A stretch of DNA of 64,000 nucleotides from positions 1,522,982 to 1,586,981 of the forward strand of contig NMRA01000010.1 in assembly GCA_002633005.1 (NCBI GenBank), written 5' to 3'. Below are positions 58,101 to 64,000 of this stretch, in pieces. The notes beneath the pieces were generated by a model. The model saw only the letters and a program-made list of their open reading frames with translations, was not told the DNA's origin and ran no database searches. The DNA comes from Phoronis australis. Its lineage: Eukaryota; Animalia; Phoronida. The stretch's first letter is position 1. Each line of letters starts with the position of its first letter. The position numbers were made by a program, and so were the translations under genes.

Positions 58101-61100
58101 GTCTGCCTCTGTGCCTTTTTAATGTCTACTCGTGTTTCTAATAGCTTTGAGCCGAATGTCATTTTCTATTTCTTTCCCACTCTATACTGTGCTAACACTT
58201 GACTCTGTAACAGCTACGTCATGCTTTTGTTGTTCGTGCCATGTTTGTACGGGCTCGTGTATATTATTTATGATTTCAGCGGCCGACAGAGTGTGGCAAA
58301 AGCGACTTCACCACAAATTGAACAATTCCCCCATTGACGTAGAACTTGTTCAACCCCCCAAGCCGAAAAAGAAGTTACCCCTAGATCCTCACAAATTGGC
58401 AATCTGTAACATACCAGGGAGTGCCACCTATGACTCGCTTGTTAATTATTTGGAGAGCAAAACGAGATGCGATGTCAAAGAAATCCTGTATGGAGAAACA
58501 CCAGGTTCCGTGTTCGTGATATTCAACCAGAAACCAGGCAAGTTTGCTCATCTCGAAAGTTAATGTATACGGAAAAGTCACATAATCATTTTAACTTGCA
58601 CAGACTCATGGTTTATAAATTCGACAGAAATATTTTATTTAAGGTTTCGTCTTTTTATCGATTTACTCAGCCAAGCTTTTTTGCAGTTAATTTCGTTTAA
58701 GTTTGGATAGTTGTAATATTGGTCGCATTGCCATCAATTGTGGCAGCAAAAGCGAAATCTCATTAAGATATTGTATTATCCTTTAGACATTGACCAGCTT
58801 AAAGAGACCTGCAAGCGAAAATCATTGGAAAAGTCATTTCTTCATGTTGAGCAAGTGCATCTGACAGACTCCATACAAGTCCACGACCTGCCTCCTAATT
58901 GTACAGAGGATGCTCTGGAGAATTACTTTGAAAATGTTAAGAAAAGCGGAGGAGGAGATGTCGAAAAGGTCGTTATTCACCGAAACGGAAAAGTGGCAGT
59001 GACTACATTTGTTGAGTATAGTGGTACGTAACATTTTTAAAATTACAGTACACACTCCTTTAGCCTATTTACAGGTATGTGAGAATAAATGCCCATTCCT
59101 TTTTGTGATTAAAATAAGGAAGTGTCACTCACCAAATACGTGACTGTTTATCTGTCAGAGGTACTAATCGTGAACATCAGGTGACAGTTTTGAAGAATAT
59201 CATCTGGCAGGGTTTGGTATCTACTTCTTTCAGGTAGTTACATGTACATGTACCTTTAGCTTTGTTACAAGGCTCCTGTGTTCAGATTGCTGCATACTGA
59301 TCACAACTGTCTATAACTTATGAAAAACAAGCAACATCAATGCACCCATCAATAATTATGAATATCCCCAGCATTTTAGAAAAATATAAACTGAAACTAA
59401 TCTGAAAGTAAGATTTTTACAGAAGTATGCGATAAGTGTTCATATCCCTAAAATGAAACTTCCATGAGTGCGATCTTAAAGTTAAATTAACACAGGCTAA
59501 TACAGACTAATCACTGATATTGGTCCTTCAGAAAGCCGATTGGAGAAACATGATGTCAGAGGATGGGTTTTACACTAATTGTATCTTTGTTTACACAGTT
59601 GTGTTTTTAGAGATTTTATAGCGCATCACACCCACTGTCACCATAATTGGGTATATATTTATAGCGCATCACACCCACTGTCACCATAATTGAGTATATG
59701 GTTAGATGATAGATGAGATTTAATGGGGTACTTGAAAAGCTATTTGCTTATCAGCAACTAATCAACCATGTCAGCACAACAACAGTCAGGGGGTTTTCAA
59801 AATTAACTGAACGATTCAAAACTCGACAGACTACAGTTTGTGACTGAATATCCATTTTTTCATCTAGGATTCGTTTCAATGCTGGCTAAATCTTGACAGA
59901 TGTTGGTCCACGCACTTTGTTAAAATCGCAAAAACTTATGGTGTCTGGCCATTCACAAATAAACAATTCCATGGCTAGGGACAATACAAAATGCTGTCAA
60001 AAACAGTACTGGTGTAATATGTTTCGTTCATTCCGAAAAAATCTGTGCTATCAAAAGTAACTCTTTGATTTGCAAAATTTGAGCTTAATTGTGTTCCACG
60101 AAGAGTCTAGCTAGTGCCCCATTACTGTGTAAATAATTACTTTGCGCGTGTAAGCGAAGAGTACTATGAGTTGTTCTTGGGTTTTCTTCAATTTTATTCT
60201 TATTCTTATTCTTCTTCCTACCAACTTTGACACTTAATAACTCCAAAATAGTTGGAGGTATGTTCTTCAAATTTTACATATGATTTAAGGCAGTATGTAA
60301 ATTTTGATTCATTGTATATTCATATTCCATAATACACCGAAAGAGGTCATTTGGTGCAAAGGTCATGTAATTTTTAAAATGCTACTCCTACTTTATTTTA
60401 AAAGCTATTGTTTTCAAATTCTGTACACAAGTATAAGTCAAGTAGGCAATTTAAAAAAATTACTTTTCTAAGTAATGGGGTCATCCAATCAGGTTAAATA
60501 GGTCAAAGGTCATTAGGTGCAAACTAAAATTTTGAGCTAGACACTTCAAATTTACAAGTTTGATTGGTACGTCTAATTGAATTCCAAATATAACGTTTCA
60601 GGTCATTTAGTGCAACCATGGGGTCATTGGGTGCATTTTTCTTCGGAAAATTTGCCCTTTTCATTCTGATGTGTCGACCATTAGACAACTGTGATTCTCA
60701 GCATTTATCATAATTTTCACAGACTGCAATAGTTCTACTAAAAGGGTTTGTAATGCACTGGATAGGGTCAATTAGTGCAAATGTCATCTAGTTTTGAAAA
60801 GGTTATTTCTTCTACATTTTTCAAGGAATTCTCTTCAATTCCAGTACATTGGTGTAAACCTATATGCCAATGAAATACCCTAATTAATTAAGCAATAGAG
60901 CCATCAAAATAGAGAAAGTACGTCAAAGGTCATTGAGTGCAAACTAAAATTTTGAGCTAGACACTTCAAATTCACAAGTCTGACTGGTACGTCTAATTCA
61001 ATTCGAAATACAAAGTTTCAGGTCATTAAGTGCAATCATGGGGTCATTAGGTGCATTTTTCTTCAGAAAATTTGTTCTTGTCATTCACCAAGTACTCAGA

Positions 61101-64000
61101 TGTGTCAACCGTTAAACAACTGTGATTTTCAGCCGATAAACCAACTTTTCATGGGCTTTGCAATAATTCTTCTAAAGACGCTTATAATGCAACGGATACG
61201 GTCAATTAGTGCAAAGGTCATCTAACGTTCAAAATGTTATATCTCCTACATTTTTCAAGGAATTCTTTTCAATTTCAGCACACTGGTGCAAGTCAACATG
61301 CAAATTGAACACCCTGCTTTACTACGCAATAGGCCTAACCAATCAAAAAGTAGGTCAAAGGTCATTGAGTGCAAAATAAAATTTTGAGCTAGAGACTTCA
61401 AAATTACACATCTGTTAAGCAAATTCGATTGAGTTTGAATTCGAAGTTTTCAGGTCATTTGGTGCACCCATGGGGTCATTAGGTGCATTTTTCTTCTGAA
61501 AGTTTGACCAATTCATTCATCTTGTATTCTGAAGTGCTTCAAGTAAAACATCTGATTCTTAGCATTAACCACACTTTAAATCCAGTTTACAATTATTCGG
61601 GGTTCGTAATGCACCGGAAGAGGTCAATCAGTGGAAAGGTCATCAAAATATTAAACATGTAATTTCTCCTACAATTTCAAAGAATTCCTGCTCTTAGTAA
61701 CTTCCCAAAACAATTCCAGTAATGCGCACGCACAGAGTCCAGTATTGTGACGCTGTGACAATAATCTTTCTAGTTATTACTTGAACTTTTTTCAGTCTTC
61801 AGTGTAACAGCTCTTAATGCACAGCTTAGCATCATCAGCACCCCCAGTCATAATGTGGCGAACTTCTTAATCAAGTGGAACTGGACAAAGCTACTCGGAT
61901 TCCTAGCCCGTAACCAGAGTACTTGCTTTGTGAAACATTTTTACCTTCCCCTGACTGAACTCCAAAGTATCTCTCAAAAACGGTCATAGCGCTCTCCGGT
62001 GTAATTAAAATAAATTGTTAGTCATTAGCTAATTTTATAGCCAGCAACGGTTAGCAAATCAAATCAAATCAATATGTCAAAACAAACGCCAATACAGGGG
62101 CGTATCTAGGATTTTGAGTTGGGGGGTAGGGCACGGGAATAACCAGAATTTCGACACATGCGCTCGCCCAGCCTAAAATGTGGGGACGCAGAGGCCTCAA
62201 ATGTTTGGGGTTGCAGACCTGTTGACTAAAAAAAACTTAACATGATTTGTTCAGTTTGTTCGGGGCCTATGCGTTGTTTATTCACCCCCGACGAGCCCCT
62301 GCTTGCGTGCACCCGAACTCCCAAATTGTATGTGGTAGAATTTTAGGGGGAGCCACGGCCCCCTTGCCTCCCCCCTAAATCTGCCACTGCAATATAACAC
62401 GGTAAAAATAGAGAAATCACGTAAAATCAAAGAATCTATCAAAATCAGGACACAGAACCCCTTCTTGAATTGGGAATGTGTTCTTCAATTATCTCCCTCT
62501 ACCGAGTGACATCCTTATCAAGCGTACGCCGGAAAACTCCCCAGTTTGTCTAGTCGTCAGCAAAGTCCTGGCGGATCAGGCCGAAACGTTTGCTAGCATC
62601 CGGCAATTTCAGTTTCTCAAGTAATTTCGCTATATTTACCATGTCATCAAAAGACAATGATCAACCTGTTTTGCCGAACTAATATAACAACAGAACAAAC
62701 TATTGCGGTTGCAAAAACCTACTTGAAATGAATCGGATATTTTCTTTTGCAGTTCTTCCAAATGTCCTCAAAATAAAAAAGCACGAAATAAATAATCACA
62801 AAGTCAAAGTGAGTGAGTATCATGAAAAACTTGGATTCCGACACCCAGAAGAGGATGCTTCTCAACCTGCTGTCCGTGTACCGGAGGACGTATTGGTTGG
62901 GCCTCTTAATAAAGCCGTTGTCGAATTTATTTCCACGAGGATAGATTGTCGTCAGTTATTTGAAAGTGAGTTGCAAAGACACCACGGTAAGCTGAAGTGG
63001 GAATCCTGCTCTATGGACAGTTTTCTTGTGACTTGCGAGTTGTCGAGCCCCGTGCAAATTATGGAATTGCCGCATCCGTGGGAGGAAATGATCAAGACTG
63101 CTGTTGAGAATTTTTTGGATAAGTACTGCAGTGAGCACATCAACGTTTTGCAAGACATTTGGGATGATCTGGTAGAAACCCTTCCCGATAGCATGAAAGG
63201 TTATGAAAAAGAGGCAGTTATGGAAAAAAGTGATAATCAACACATCATCAAAATCACTGGATTGAAGAGAGTTGTTGAAGCGCTGGCAACAAAGATAAAC
63301 AAGGAGAAACAAAATTTGGAAGATGAATTCGATCGGAAATCTCGGGAAGTGACGGAAACCGTAACTAAACTGGAAGATTACGAGCTGCGTTTCTTACATG
63401 AAAGCGGGATTGATTTACTCGGTTGTAAATGCAAAATCGATTTAACAAATGCAGTAATTCAGTTTACTGGAATCCCTCTCGACGTTAACAAAGCAAAAAC
63501 TATGATGTACGAAATTCTTCGGAACCTTGATTCAGAAACTATTGGTTCCACTCCGGCCATTTGTCATCTGCTACAAAATCCCGAATGTCAAGATTACATT
63601 TATTCGCAATTCCACTCACAAAAACTGGCTGTTGCCTTGAGTAAAACAAATAACGATATCACTGTGCACTCGTCGTACAAGACATCTGCAAGAGAAGCTG
63701 CGAAAATCGTGAGCCAGGAGCTCAAGGAAGTCAAGATACCTATTGAGAAAGAATCGACTGCCGTCCTCAAGAGTTCAAGTTGGCAAAAAATTAAGGTTGA
63801 TCAACTGGAAAAGTACAAGGGATGTTTAGAAATTATCGAATGTTCTGATTTCTCCCACCTTGTCGTTGCGGGAACAAGCCATGTCATTGCCAATGTTTGC
63901 GAAGTTGTACAAGATTTTATTGACCAAAACACGATCTACAATGACAGCTTCGCCTTGAGTCGTGGACACTTTCGCTTTATTGTTGAATACAAACGCAATA
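48985..64000 (+). CDS. PARP14: Gene C: PARP14-like paralog of gene A (8 RRM - KH array...), runs off the right edge
   Basis: Phase-compatible exons 48985-49192, 51490-51578, 51870-52155, 52922-52984, 54934-55098, 55224-55463, 55753-56073, 56191-56463, 57534-57836, 58280-58537, 58787-59023, 62753->64000; exon-by-exon homology to gene A. Exons 3-4 are the least certain. Macro, WWE and PARP domains are not in the window. Confidence 0.85.
51490..52984 (+). CDS. Gene C exons 2-4 (51490-51578, 51870-52155, 52922-52984): end of RRM and Pro/Ser-rich linker
   Basis: Canonical sites; phases 1-0, 0-1 and 1-1 chain correctly; QQRVLGRDHELFGYRLKVEP completes the RRM. Confidence 0.65.
54934..59023 (+). CDS. 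Gene C seven phase-1 RRM exons
   Basis: Lengths 165, 240, 321, 273, 303, 258, 237 nt versus gene A 165, 240, 321, 273, 306, 258, 237; seen in ORFs at 55196, 55689, 56145, 57560, 58132 and 58738. Confidence 0.92.
56750..57065 (+). mobile_element. Old Penelope-like GIY-YIG relic with hammerhead core
   Basis: Frameshifted VMKNNL..KSNVV..FTCHMEEC..YI..T..LSRRLSMHLQG/SIQDHFVQQHGRKITRQEI, followed by CTGATGA-cgagac gtgca gtctc-GAAA (about 57024-57050). Confidence 0.6.
57930..58071. mobile_element. Short TTAA-flanked MITE (Kolobok/T2-like)
   Basis: ttaa|aggggtactaaac...gttcagtatcctt|ttaa. Confidence 0.6.
59614..59699. repeat. Two-copy tandem repeat of about 43 bp
   Basis: ttttatagcgcatcacacccactgtcaccataattg.gtata twice. 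Confidence 0.9.
60137..61775 (+). mobile_element. Helentron/DINE-like element with about 3.2 tandem units of about 420-435 bp rich in AGGTCA
   Basis: Unit anchors ggtca.t..gtgcaaa.gtcat at about 60345, 60765, 61200 and 61621; 5' (TTATTC)n microsatellite; 3' hairpin tattgtgac-gct-gtgacaata then CTAGTT. Confidence 0.65.
62095..62389. mobile_element. Longer composite variant of the 5-bp-TSD MITE
   Basis: caggggcgtatct...aaatctgccactg; TSD CAATA on both sides; internal segment shared with the copy at about 23285-23566. Confidence 0.8.
62753..64000 (+). CDS. Gene C large KH-array exon (truncated by the window, so absent from the ORF track)
   Basis: ttttgcag acceptor; KKHEINNHKVKVSEYHEKLGFRHPEEDASQPAVRVPEDVLVGP and QNLEDEFDRKSREVTETV align with gene A KKHKVSKCVLKVCEYYEQLGLRHPDDDSSKPVARIPDDAVVGP and KTLEEEFNRKSQEVTETV. 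Frame spot-checked, not read codon by codon. Confidence 0.9.

Overview
AT-rich, intron-containing animal (probably marine invertebrate) genomic DNA holding a three-gene ADP-ribosylation/ubiquitin innate-immunity cluster. I rebuilt the genes by hand from splice sites and reading phases. Gene A (minus, about 22.3 kb to beyond position 1) is PARP14-like: 7 RRMs, a KH array, only stubs of macrodomains, KH, WWE; any PARP domain lies off the left edge. Gene B (minus, CDS 43598 to 26619, 7 coding exons, about 1520 aa) is a complete Deltex/DTX3L-type RING-DTC E3 ligase with two macrodomains fused in cis, so it resembles the vertebrate PARP9-DTX3L heterodimer as one chain. Gene C (plus, 48985 to beyond 64000) is an inverted paralog of gene A with 8 RRMs, head-to-head with gene B. 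The two PARP paralog promoters share a compact GAS(STAT)-CRE-kB-CCAAT module, and gene A adds OAS1-type ISREs. Introns carry many decayed transposons: Academ, Kolobok, ISL2EU-like, MULE-like and 5-bp-TSD MITEs, Penelope elements with hammerhead relics, a LINE fragment, and Helentron-like tandem arrays (one rich in CTCF-like motifs). Domain calls come from motif recognition only; no database searches were run.
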